Of a DNA stretch of 64,000 bases, positions 50,882-60,595 are shown piece by piece. Position numbers and translations under genes: made by a program. The stretch comes from a virus, in the IMG/VR virus record IMGVR_UViG_3300045988_175628; one strand, written 5' to 3'. Under the pieces are notes generated by a model. The model worked only from the letters and a program-made list of their open reading frames with translations. It ran no database searches and was not told where the DNA came from. Numbering within the stretch: position 1 is the stretch's first letter; each line of letters begins with the position of its first letter.

Positions 50882-51562
50882 TTACAGAATTTGTGCCAGT
50901 CGAGTTTTATCCTCATTCAGGCGATTCGTAACTTTGTCGATAGTTGCGTTCGTTCGAGCTTCGAAAGCTGTTGTTTCGGCTGTGTTCTTCTGAATCTCAG
51001 AATTGAGATCGATTGACTTGTCCGTGAGAGTTTTCAACTCTTCACGAAGTTGTTCAATACGAAGGTTCGTAGCTTTCAGTTCCTCAACCTTATCTTCGAC
51101 AGTTTCTTTACGAAGTTTCTCCATGCGAAGCTTTGCTTTCCCTCGTTCAGCTTCAATTACACCTAAATAGGTGTCAATTGATGCCAAGACAACCTCCTTT
51201 GTCATTCGAGGATCCATACCTTGAATAGAGCCAAAGGCTGCCTTAAGACGAGTAGTCTCGTCGGGAATGTATTGCCGCATCTGCTCTGCTGACTGAAGAA
51301 GCTCCAGATAATCAGGACCAGGAAGATTTGCTTCATTGATTTTACGTTCCAGAAGCTCAACCAGTTTAGTATCCACATCTCCTGCTGCCACAATCGGAGG
51401 CGTAGGAGTGGGAACTACTACTGAAATCTCCTGTTTGACAGGTTCAACAGTCGGCTTAGGCTCTTTATTGGAGTCTTCTACGAACATCCAACCAAAAAGA
51501 CGATTTTTTGCCATTGTTTTATTTATTTTGATAGTTTTCAAGTCTAGGAATAGATTCCTCAA
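50882..51562 (-). CDS. coiled-coil protein
   Basis: 226 aa, heptad-rich. Confidence 0.4.
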   Translation of the reverse strand: MRNLFLDLKTIKINKTMAKNRLFGWMFVEDSNKEPKPTVEPVKQEISVVVPTPTPPIVAAGDVDTKLVELLERKINEANLPGPDYLELLQSAEQMRQYIPDETTRLKAAFGSIQGMDPRMTKEVVLASIDTYLGVIEAERGKAKLRMEKLRKETVEDKVEELKATNLRIEQLREELKTLTDKSIDLNSEIQKNTAETTAFEARTNATIDKVTNRLNEDKTRLAQIL

Positions 51563-51920
51563 GAATGAAATTGATAACTTCAGTTTTTTCAGGATCCAAA
51601 ACTGCGGAATATGTATAAGTAGAATCCCGAGTAACTGCTATTACCATATATTCAGAACATCCGTCAGGCAAGTATTGAATTAAAGAAATACTTGTGATCT
51701 TTACTGGAGTACAATAAGTTTTAGTGAAATTAGAAATTATGTCACGAACATTTTCCTTACGATCATTACTATGTTCTACAGTCAGTAATAGCATTACTAT
51801 CCCTAGAAGTACTCCAGGTAATAGTATTAATAGGGAAACAGCGCTCTCAGAATACTTTATAGCCATACCACAGAGCACTATAATACCTAACCCTATGAGA
51901 ATGACTAATATTGTTGACAT
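51519..51920 (-). CDS. membrane protein
   Basis: 2 TM. Confidence 0.35.
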   Translation of the reverse strand: MSTILVILIGLGIIVLCGMAIKYSESAVSLLILLPGVLLGIVMLLLTVEHSNDRKENVRDIISNFTKTYCTPVKITSISLIQYLPDGCSEYMVIAVTRDSTYTYSAVLDPEKTEVINFILEESIPRLENYQNK

Positions 51921-52049
51921 GGTGTTGGAAAATTTGATTCAGATTCTCGAGCTTCAATACATGAATCATCCACGAATTCATCAGGATCTGTACATCCTGT
52001 ATCAGGTACATTAACTTCTTCCATTATATAAATTTTAAAAGTAAATTTT

Positions 52050-52100
52050 GGGGAGCTGAGGGATTCGAACCCTCTAATTATCATAAGCTCCTGCAGGTTT
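52050..52100 (-). ncRNA. tRNA top-half-like minihelix (GGAGCT…GAGGG-TTCGAAT-CCCTC-AGCTCC)
   Basis: T-arm flanked by a complementary 6-bp acceptor-like stem only 17 nt upstream; no D or anticodon arm. Confidence 0.3.
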
Positions 52101-52397
52101 AAGCCACTTCGGGCTTGAAATGTGTGATTTCCTTGAATTCAATAGGTCTTCCCTTTGCATCCCATTTTACAGGAATTTTCTGGACACGAGTACGTTCCAG
52201 AAATGCTTTTCGCTGTGCTTTTTTGAGTGCTTCAAGACGAATCATTCGTCTTACCTGTCCGATAATTGCCATGTTTTTAATATAAAAAAGATGTATAACT
52301 GTAACTTACAGAGATATCGTCAAACTGTTCTTTGAGATAATTCATATACTCTATAGCTTCTTTTTTGCTCGGGAATTCCTCCCAAGATTTTTCTCCG

Positions 52398-52910
52398 TTA
52401 TGGAAGATCAGTACTATGTGTCTCATTAATAGAACGAATTACTAACTCTATAGAGTCTTTTGGAATATTACTAGAAATAGTAATTTTTACTTTTTCTGTT
52501 GGAACTGTAGTTTTAGGCTTTTCAAGACCCCCTACCGTAACTACTAATAAGGCTTGAATAATAAAGGTTCCTATCAAACAAGCCCAGAAGCATTCATTTT
52601 TATCAGAAGTATTTTGAATCCATGCTAACCTTACAATAAACCACATTGAAAAACTGAGTATTGTCAGCATTGCCCAAAATATATATATTGCAATCATAAA
52701 ATTCAACTTAAAAAGTATCTGCATTGTCAACGCTTGCCAGGCTACAGATACGAACACATAATTAATGGCTATTAAATAATTATAATCTTTACACTCTTTG
52801 GACAAACAAAGAAAGTAGGAGCATTCAAGTAAAGATTTTCTTGCTGTGTCGACAAAGTAGACATTCTTTGGACCTTGGCTCAAGTCTCTTACTTCTTTCC
52901 CGATCTCCAT
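52398..52910 (-). CDS. membrane protein
   Basis: 4 TM segments. Confidence 0.4.
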   Translation of the reverse strand: MEIGKEVRDLSQGPKNVYFVDTARKSLLECSYFLCLSKECKDYNYLIAINYVFVSVAWQALTMQILFKLNFMIAIYIFWAMLTILSFSMWFIVRLAWIQNTSDKNECFWACLIGTFIIQALLVVTVGGLEKPKTTVPTEKVKITISSNIPKDSIELVIRSINETHSTDLP

Positions 52911-53375
52911 AAGGGAACTCGCTTAGTAAGTCAAGCTACATCTATAAGACTGACTAAATCTTATAAACTTGTAAAGTTATTTAAATGGGTTTAAGGACTG
53001 GTTAGTCCAAACTTTACAACCCGTAGGTTACTTCTTACGAACAAGAACCTACAATCAAAGAAAACGATTCACCTTAAATCAACCAAACACTTATTCATCT
53101 ATTGCACCACCAATAGAAGTAGAATACAGGCTTTTAATCTTGGAATGCCTTTAATCCCCTCTCTGGATAAACCGTCTTCGAGGTTTAATCCAATTGATTT
53201 AAGTTATGTAAAAAGAAAACAACAGCAGACAGCGCGTATTTCGTTATGGCGAGGCTGAGATAGTGACCATCACCGACCTGCGTTCATAGTAGACTCTTTT
53301 CAGAGTTCTACTTAATCACACGTGCGAAAATCGTAGCAGGCATAAAGTTAAAAAACTTTATTAACTTATGAAGAC

Positions 53376-54131
53376 TTACCGAAGCAAATCTTCATACGCT
53401 CTCTCCCACTCTTTGCGGGATTCAGTGAGCGGCATCTTGAATAAACTCAGTCGCTTAATATATGTCTGAATATTCGGAATCTTGTTCCACACACGGTAGA
53501 ATGCGACTACAATATCCCGACGAAATACAACTTTAGTGTTAAGCTTCTCTGAAATGAGGTACAAAGCACCAGCTTTTTCAACTGCAGCCATGTACTCTTT
53601 ATCCGAGATTTCCAGAGTTCCTTCTTTGAAATCCTTTGTGGAATGCTTACCCTTAATGAGCTGAATTGCAGCTTTAAGTTCGAACTCAGGGTAAGCCTTC
53701 ATGAAATCACGAAGCTGTTCGTAACCATGAACTCCTCCCTCCAGATAAGCTTCCATGTAGTCGTTGGTCGACCAGTTCAAGTGTTTGGCATTGAACATGA
53801 TGGCCAGCTGCAGAGGACTCTTATCAGAATCAACGACCATTACACGGATCGCTGTTTTATTTTCTGGATATTTCTCCTTAAGCATACGGAATGCCGCCAG
53901 ACGATTTTGACCATCCAGCACCTGTCCGTTAGGAAGAACATAGATAGGAGGAAGCCATTCCCCATCAAGGAAAGCTTTGAAAATGCGCTTCACATGTGCC
54001 ATTCTCAGGTTTCGATTACCAGGAATGAACGAGAGCTGTTTGACGTTTTCTACGAGATAGCACTTCTCAAAAGGAGTGCGGTTCGAAAACAATTCTTTTA
54101 TCATAATACAATTTGTGTTATTGTTAAACAT
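53376..54131 (-). CDS. ParB-like nuclease (ParB/Srx fold) domain protein
   Basis: 'VLDGQNRLAAF' resembles the ParB-N 'GERRxRA' arginine patch region. Confidence 0.55.
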   Translation of the reverse strand: MFNNNTNCIMIKELFSNRTPFEKCYLVENVKQLSFIPGNRNLRMAHVKRIFKAFLDGEWLPPIYVLPNGQVLDGQNRLAAFRMLKEKYPENKTAIRVMVVDSDKSPLQLAIMFNAKHLNWSTNDYMEAYLEGGVHGYEQLRDFMKAYPEFELKAAIQLIKGKHSTKDFKEGTLEISDKEYMAAVEKAGALYLISEKLNTKVVFRRDIVVAFYRVWNKIPNIQTYIKRLSLFKMPLTESRKEWERAYEDLLR

Positions 54132-54134
54132 TTG

Positions 54135-54208
54135 TAGTGGTTAGAGGACTCCAACCTCTGTTTCCAGAATGAGACTCTGGTATCCTAACGCAACTAGATG
54201 AAACCACC
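54135..54208 (-). tRNA. tRNA with anticodon loop GTCTCAT (anticodon CTC, Glu-like)
   Basis: Acceptor GGTGGTT/AACCACT, D-arm ATCT…GGAT, anticodon stem CCAGA/TCTGG, T-arm AGAGG-TTGGAGT-CCTCT. Confidence 0.55.
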
Positions 54209-54218
54209 AGTAAATTAT

Positions 54219-54455
54219 TTACTTCTTAGATTCACTCTTAAAAAGACATGTAAAGAGTATAGCTACTCCCAAAGAGAGGGCAAGAGAAAGTTTACCTACA
54301 ATATACCCTTCTGCTACAAGTTTAGGAAATACTGCAGGAATCACTACAGGCCAGAGCAAATAAATGAAAATACTCATAAAGAAAGCCGTAACAGCAATAC
54401 TTACAATAATTGCTATAATTGCAGCTAAACAGCCTCCTAATGTTTCGTTATCCAT
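54219..54455 (-). CDS. small membrane protein
   Basis: 2 TM. Confidence 0.35.
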   Translation of the reverse strand: MDNETLGGCLAAIIAIIVSIAVTAFFMSIFIYLLWPVVIPAVFPKLVAEGYIVGKLSLALSLGVAILFTCLFKSESKK

Positions 54456-54595
54456 TTCTTCGAATTAATGAAATTTGATGAAGCAAGTAACTTCATAGTA
54501 TTTCTTGCTTCAGTTTCATCTTTGGCAAGAACAGAGAGAGGTTTGAATCGAAATCCCTTCTTCATTGTAGAAGTGATATGTTACGAGAAAGGGTG

Positions 54596-54889
54596 TCATT
54601 TGTAATGGTAAGTAGTATCTTGCTTAATGAGATTACCATCAGATTGGATAGTAGTAATTACAGTTTTTATCTTACCTCTGTGATAATCTTCCAAAACATG
54701 TTGAGCTGAATCTTCGGTAATTGCTTTAATGCCAAGTCCGAGAAAACAACTCCAAATTGACATTGCAATTACAACTAAAATGGTTCCAACAATAGGAAAA
54801 TCTCCAGTTACTTCATCCCAAGCTCTTACGAGAGCATAAGAACAAATCATTATTAAAAACCCGCAGGCAATACAAATAGGAATTAGCAT
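54596..54889 (-). CDS. small membrane protein
   Basis: 2 TM. Confidence 0.35.
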   Translation of the reverse strand: MLIPICIACGFLIMICSYALVRAWDEVTGDFPIVGTILVVIAMSIWSCFLGLGIKAITEDSAQHVLEDYHRGKIKTVITTIQSDGNLIKQDTTYHYK

Positions 54890-54907
54890 ACTCTTAGTTT
54901 TAAATTG

Positions 54908-54981
54908 TACTCGGTATGGGATTCAAACCCATGATCTCCTCATAGAAAGTGAGGTGTCCTAGATCACTAGACGAACCGAGC
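54908..54981 (-). tRNA. tRNA-Glu (anticodon TTC)
   Basis: Acceptor GCTCGGT/ACCGAGT, D-arm GTCT-AGTGATCTA-GGAC, anticodon stem CCTCA/TGAGG loop CTTTCTA, T-arm ATGGG-TTTGAAT-CCCAT. Confidence 0.7.
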
Positions 54982-55454
54982 AAAATTGCTGTTTGAAATA
55001 CTTAGTTTACTCAAACTGTTTTCTTTCTTCTTACTCTTGGATTACAGCAAATCCTTAGAATTTAAACTTACACATTAAATTCGGAAACAATCTTACAAAA
55101 AGGGAACGAATTTCATTGAGAGCCTATGAAACCGATCAAAGTTTCATAGACTAGTTTTGTAGGTCGGGTTAAGGCTTGATAGCACAAATGGAACAGAGCG
55201 TATAAAACTATTCTCTGAAATACGTCATTGACCAATTAACGTATTTGAATGTATTACTGTCTCGAAGGAACTGAATACATTCTCCGTGCCCGTTAATTTA
55301 TATATAAGTTTAATATAAAACGGGCTAATTAATACAATATGATAGGAATTTAAGGATAGGATTCTAAATTCCCCTTAAAATTACCCTCTGGTCTTTATGA
55401 CCAGAGACGCTCTAAGCTTAAAATTCTGTTTATACTCGCTTAGACGAGTTCCCA

Positions 55455-55796
55455 TTACTCAACAACGACATAACGGGACAGGATGACTCCTGCCTTACGG
55501 AGGTTATCCGCCAGAGTCTCCTGGTTCGGGTCGGCCAGATATGCCTCCTTGGCCGCTGTGATGTTGAGGATACGCTGCTGAGCTCGTTTCTCTTCGGCAC
55601 GGATCGAACGCAGATGCTCCACGTGATCTGCTACGATGCTGTCGACGGCTCCGAGGGTATCGATGATGATCTGTTCCTGTTTTTTCTTCCGCTCTTCGTT
55701 GTAGCGCTGAACGGCACTCTTGACAGCTTCAGAGGTCGGGGTGTGATCTGCGAGGATTTCTTCGATGGTCTGCGTCTTGATTTCTTTCTTTGCCAT
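55455..55796 (-). CDS. hypothetical protein encoded in GC-rich island
   Basis: 113-aa ORF with much higher GC than the rest of the window. Confidence 0.45.
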   Translation of the reverse strand: MAKKEIKTQTIEEILADHTPTSEAVKSAVQRYNEERKKKQEQIIIDTLGAVDSIVADHVEHLRSIRAEEKRAQQRILNITAAKEAYLADPNQETLADNLRKAGVILSRYVVVE

Positions 55797-56998
55797 GATC
55801 TTTTTAGCTTTTAGTTATGTCAATATTTGTTTCTTCTTTGATATAGTTGGTAAGAACGTAAACAGGAATATTTGTAAACTGAAGAGAGTTTTCTACATTC
55901 TCTAATACTTGCTTAACCTTAGCTATACGTTCTTTGAGTTCTTCCCTACCAACCAGTGTTAATGTTGATTCCATAGGCATCGTAGAAGGCTTGAGCTTGA
56001 GTTACAGAGATTTCGATTGCGGGCGAAGACCCTTTCTGAAGAAAGAATCCACGCGTAGTTCGAAAGAGTGTTTCTTTCGTGTTGTCTTCAGTGGTTGCGA
56101 TGTGCATACGATAGCCAGACTTTCTGGCTTTAAGAGACTTAAAGTCCTTCGATCGCATCGTTTTCTTGGAAATTGCAGTATACTCCATAATGTACAATTT
56201 TAGATATTGTTAAACTGTTTATTTTATTTAGGAAATCTGAGGTTTAATGAAAAGCCCAGCATCTTTGAGCTCATCTTCCTTAGCTTTCTGTTCCCCTTCC
56301 TTTTTCTTTGCTGCGAAACTCTCACAGAACTCCATAACTGCTTTTGCATGAATAGGAATGAGATCTTCCTTGGTAAAAGTCTCTTTGCCAGACTCTTCCA
56401 AAGCCTTATTGAAATGGCCCCCCAGACCCATTCCAATCATCATGATAATTACTTCTATCGGCATATTATTTAAATATTTGTAATTTGTATCTTTGAGTAG
56501 AAACGTGAAGAGGCTTTCTAGATTTTATATTTTCATTAATTGGAAGGTTTTCTATAACAAGATCTCCCGAGAGGTCTTCTATAGAAAAATGTCGATTTCC
56601 AATAAGAAGATGGAATTTAGAAAGATTAATAGTTGTAGCGTCTTTAGTATTAGGGTTGAGAATAAGTGTCATGTGGAAGAGTATTAATGAGGAATTTGGA
56701 ATTTAAGGAAGGGAAAAAGTTTCTGGAGAGGAAGGGAGAATTTGACTGTCCCCACTACCCTTCATCTTTCTTACACTCTCAAAATATTCCATTAACATCT
56801 TCCTATTCCAGTTTATAGTCGAATTTTCTTTAAGTGGATACTTTTTATCGTCACTAGGAAGTATTGACTGTGATATATTTAGTGCAGAATACTCTGGCAT
56901 AATTTCGAATTTGGAAGGAAAAATTTGATTCTATAATATAATATAGAGTCAAACATCTAACTCATTGATAATCAGCCTCTTATAGGGATTGGACTTGT

Positions 56999-57084
56999 CT
57001 CACAGTTAAGAAAACTTATACCACAGTTAAGGAAAGTTTCCTCACAGTTAAGGAAAGTTTCCAAAAAAGGAAAAAAAGTTTCCA
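56999..57084. repeat. tandem direct repeats (about 22-bp unit CACAGTTAAGGAAAGTTTCC ×3–4, plus AAGTTTCC half-sites)
   Basis: ctcacagttaagaaaactta / ccacagttaaggaaagtttcc / ctcacagttaaggaaagtttcc / …aaaaagtttcc in a non-coding stretch. Confidence 0.6.
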
Positions 57085-58210
57085 AGTCTCGGAAAAAATC
57101 TTTACATTTGTGGAAAGATTTATTAACTCTAATGCAAGAATTTTTATGGGAAAGGCAATTACCAATGAACAAATCATCAAGAGAAAAAATGAAGCTGGAG
57201 AGATTATAGAAGAGGTTAGAAGTAAAACCTGAACCTTCTCCAGAGGCTCTGAGCCCTTCTTTTTGACTTATTTAAATTGTATCTCTTGAATGTACAATTT
57301 AAAAAGTATAACAACTATTAAAGTTCTTTATAAACTATTAGAAGCCTCAAACTTTAATAAAGGAACTGTTGATATTTCAACAACTAGAAGACAAACTATT
57401 TGTAAAGAATTGGGTATTTCAGATACCTCTTTTTCTAAGGCATTACGTTCTCTTATAGAACTAAATATCTTTAGTGGAGAAAAAGGAACATATGCTATTA
57501 ATGCAGAGATATTTTGAAAAGGAGATTACAAAACTAGAGAAGCATTACTTAATTCTGGGTGTAAAATTACAATCGAACCAAATGATGAATTTAAAATTGA
57601 AGAATAGAAGATTTATTCTCCTATTCTTCAATTTTTATTTCCGTAACAGATTCTTTTCGGATAACTACATCATCTGCTTTGATTTCAGAGGTTTGCTTTA
57701 CAAAGAGCTCTAATTTAGCATACCTCTCTAAAGTAATGCCCATATCCTCAAACGCAGCTTTCATAGCTGCTTTCGCCATATCTTTCATAATCTTAAAAAG
57801 AAAAAATTCACTCATTTCTGTCACAGATAAAGAGTGAAACAATCACTTTACATAAATTAAAACATTGACTATCAAAAGTTCTTAGAGACCAAGAGACCGA
57901 TCAAAGTCTAATGATCATCCTTTCCAAAGAGTTTTTCACATATGATGCAGAATACTACTATGAGAATAAGTACTCCTACATATCCTCCATTTCCCTCGTT
58001 TCCAAGAGGATTAAAATTTAAGAAATACATATCGTATCAATTAATCGGTATTTACGTTCTCCTTTAGTATTCCACAAATTCATACGCATAACAATACAAA
58101 ATCGTGGTTCTTTGAAAGGTTTACAAATACTATTTGAGAGAGGGAATTTAGTATCCCCAACTCTCAAATAGTTTTGTTCGTCGAGTCAAGCTCGAACGGT
58201 GAAGCACGGA

Positions 58211-58774
58211 TTACTCCTGCGGCTCGTCGGTCGGGTCGATCTGGACATAGGTGTCTTTGAGGTACTCCTCGACTGCCTTTGCGGCCTCGGCATCGTTGAT
58301 GCCCTTGCCATCTTCCACCTTGTAACCAAATGCCTTGGTCTTGGTGTACATCGGCTTGCCGTCCTCGGTCAGATTCCGCTGGCCGTTTGCATCGTAGGAG
58401 AAGTCGTTCACATCTTCGTTCACTTCGTTGACCGTCAGGATCTTACCTGCTGCGAGCTTGTTGAAAGCCTTCGAACCACCACGATAGGTCGTTGCGTTCA
58501 CCTTGTCGCTCATAACGAGCTTCTTGGTTTCACGATCGACACGAGCCAGCTGATTGAAGTAGACGGGCTTTACGATCATCGTATCGTCTACGAGGAAGAC
58601 TGCGAGAACGTGAGCACGTGAATTGGCATTCGTGCCACGCTGTTCAGCCAGCCAGATAGGATTCTTCGGGATGTAGAAACGATCACCCTTCTCCAGAGCG
58701 GACATCGGAATGATGTTGTTTTCGACGATGTGCAGAATAGCATCACCGCCGATCTGTTTGAGATTTACTACCAT
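58211..58774 (-). CDS. hypothetical protein, GC-rich, paralog A (187 aa, acidic C-terminus)
   Basis: Paralogous to 58916..59488 (shared …EKG(D/A)R(F/L)YI.K.PIW(L/I)A… and …AGK(I/F)LTV… blocks). Confidence 0.5.
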   Translation of the reverse strand: MVVNLKQIGGDAILHIVENNIIPMSALEKGDRFYIPKNPIWLAEQRGTNANSRAHVLAVFLVDDTMIVKPVYFNQLARVDRETKKLVMSDKVNATTYRGGSKAFNKLAAGKILTVNEVNEDVNDFSYDANGQRNLTEDGKPMYTKTKAFGYKVEDGKGINDAEAAKAVEEYLKDTYVQIDPTDEPQE

Positions 58775-58875
58775 ATTTTTATTATATTAAAAATTTCATT
58801 TTTCGACGATAAATACGTTCTATCGTCAAAGAATCGTTGTAATACAACTACATATCTCGGGGGCCCCATAGCCAC

Positions 58876-58901
58876 AAAAAAAAGCGGGGATTGCTCCCCG
58901 C
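58876..58901 (-). terminator. rho-independent terminator (GCGGGGA-gcaa-TCCCCGC followed by T8 on minus strand)
   Basis: Plus-strand aaaaaaaagcggggattgctccccgc, immediately downstream of the 58916..59488 gene. Confidence 0.7.
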
Positions 58902-58915
58902 CTTATTTATTCGGT

Positions 58916-59488
58916 TTATTCTTGTTCCTCTGGTGGAACTTTGGTGAATTGTCGCTCGATTGCCTCCATTATTATTTTTGTGGCTTGTTCGTCGTCGATA
59001 TTGTCCGCCTTTTCGATTTTCCACGAGTAGGCAAAACGTTCGTCGTAGTCGTTTGTATAGGCTTTCGCCGTTTGGTCGTATTTATGCACTTTGACCGTCT
59101 TAGTGTCCGCAACCGTTAGGAATTTTCCCGCACAGAGTTGGTCAATAATTGTATTTTTGACTCCTGCACGGTGAATTTTGGTATTTACCATATCGGTAAA
59201 CGCTAATTTTCCCTGTTTGCGCTTTTCTACCGTCGTTCCCTCCTCGTCAATTCGCGCAATTTGTGTTAAGTACATAGAACGCGCAAAAGGTGCGGCGGGA
59301 TCGGTAAAATCCACCATAAACAACCGTTGTTTTATTTCCGCCCCATATTGGCTAACGGTCGCGATCCAAATCGGTTTTTTGGTGATATAAAGCCGTGCAC
59401 CCTTTTCTAATGTGGGAACCGAAACTATATCGTTTTGCATAAATCTAACCGTTTCCCCCGTTCGGGGATCTATCATTAAATGTATCAT
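58916..59488 (-). CDS. hypothetical protein, GC-rich, paralog B (190 aa, acidic C-terminus)
   Basis: Tandem paralog of 58211..58774. Confidence 0.5.
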   Translation of the reverse strand: MIHLMIDPRTGETVRFMQNDIVSVPTLEKGARLYITKKPIWIATVSQYGAEIKQRLFMVDFTDPAAPFARSMYLTQIARIDEEGTTVEKRKQGKLAFTDMVNTKIHRAGVKNTIIDQLCAGKFLTVADTKTVKVHKYDQTAKAYTNDYDERFAYSWKIEKADNIDDEQATKIIMEAIERQFTKVPPEEQE

Positions 59489-59519
59489 TGTCGTAAAATT
59501 TAGGGTTATTTAATAAGAT

Positions 59520-59828
59520 TTAAGGCTTTTGCTCCTTTGTAAATTTGTAGGTTGGCAGTGGTTCGTTGTCATAATTGAAACTGTTAACCTCCATTTCCTG
59601 CCAGTTCTGCAAATCAATAATCCAATTTTCGACAATCTTTACTCTAACGTCGGTTGCAATAATAGTTACCATGATTGTAAAGTGATTAAAAGGTTTGTAA
59701 AAAATTTTATTAAAGCTCAAACATTTCAAAGACCGTGCGCGGCTATCGTTGTTCCCTAACCGCATTACAAAGATAGTGAAAAAAGATGAAACACCAAAGA
59801 AACACCCAAAAAATTGCACATTTCGCAT
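59520..59828 (-). CDS. hypothetical protein
   Basis: 102-aa ORF; last minus-strand gene before the strand switch. Confidence 0.35.
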   Translation of the reverse strand: MRNVQFFGCFFGVSSFFTIFVMRLGNNDSRARSLKCLSFNKIFYKPFNHFTIMVTIIATDVRVKIVENWIIDLQNWQEMEVNSFNYDNEPLPTYKFTKEQKP

Positions 59829-60020
59829 AAATGTTTAATAATTGAACACCCCACCCCGCTGATTATTTCCATTTGTTAAAAAATTGAACCAAAAAATTAA
59901 ACGATTTTCCAAACGAAACGGGAGGGGGCGAAAAAAGCTAACTGTCCTCTCCCTCACAATACCTACACAATTTCTTGTTTTTTCTCGAAAGTTTTTCTAA
60001 ATTTGCAAAAACAATAAACT

Positions 60021-60509
60021 ATGGCAAAAGAAAGAAATATATTCGAATTCCCAGAAACTTTCAAAGTTTCATGTTTAATTAAGTCTCCAAAACAATATGA
60101 TGTTGAAGAATTAATTAAAGTCATAGGAAATAAAATTCTTGGCTATAATGAGGCTAACATTATAGTTCAATATAATGATAAGATTTTAAATCGATTTTCA
60201 ACAGATGATTGTGAACTGCAAGCTTTATTAGATAAAAGTATTGTACCTCACACTTATAACCTAATGATTCGAACAAGATTTCAAGAAAGTTTAGAAACAA
60301 TTATTTGTCATGAAATGAAACACTTTGATCAATATGAGAAAGGTGATTTAGAAATTAGAAAAGATGATTCTGGTTTAGCATTTATATATAAAGGTAAGGA
60401 ATATAAGTCCTCAACAGATTATTATTCTAGACCTTGGGAAAAAGAAGCCAGGTCTGCACAGTTTGAACTGTGAAAAGAATTTAAAAAACTATATTATAAA
60501 AATGAATAA
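60021..60509 (+). CDS. small HExxH zinc-metallopeptidase-like protein (one in-frame TGA)
   Basis: 'ICHEMKHF' HExxH; frame continues past TGA 60471-60473 to TAA 60507-60509. Confidence 0.4.
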
Positions 60510-60595
60510 TTTATTTATTGCTCAAAATGTTCCTCACATCATATTAGGGGGGGGGATCTAAAATACTCATAGATATAGAAGTTACAATTACTTCT

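Noticed and set aside
56999-57084. CRISPR array
   Set aside because: There are only 3–4 short repeats with no unique spacers of regular length and no cas genes. Better explained as iteron-like direct repeats.
55455-59488. GC-rich block as assembly chimera or contamination
   Set aside because: It is contiguous with flanking AT-rich sequence and bounded by ordinary intergenic regions. It contains a well-formed terminator and a tRNA-like context nearby. With only this window I cannot test coverage, so it is kept as a finding rather than dismissed.
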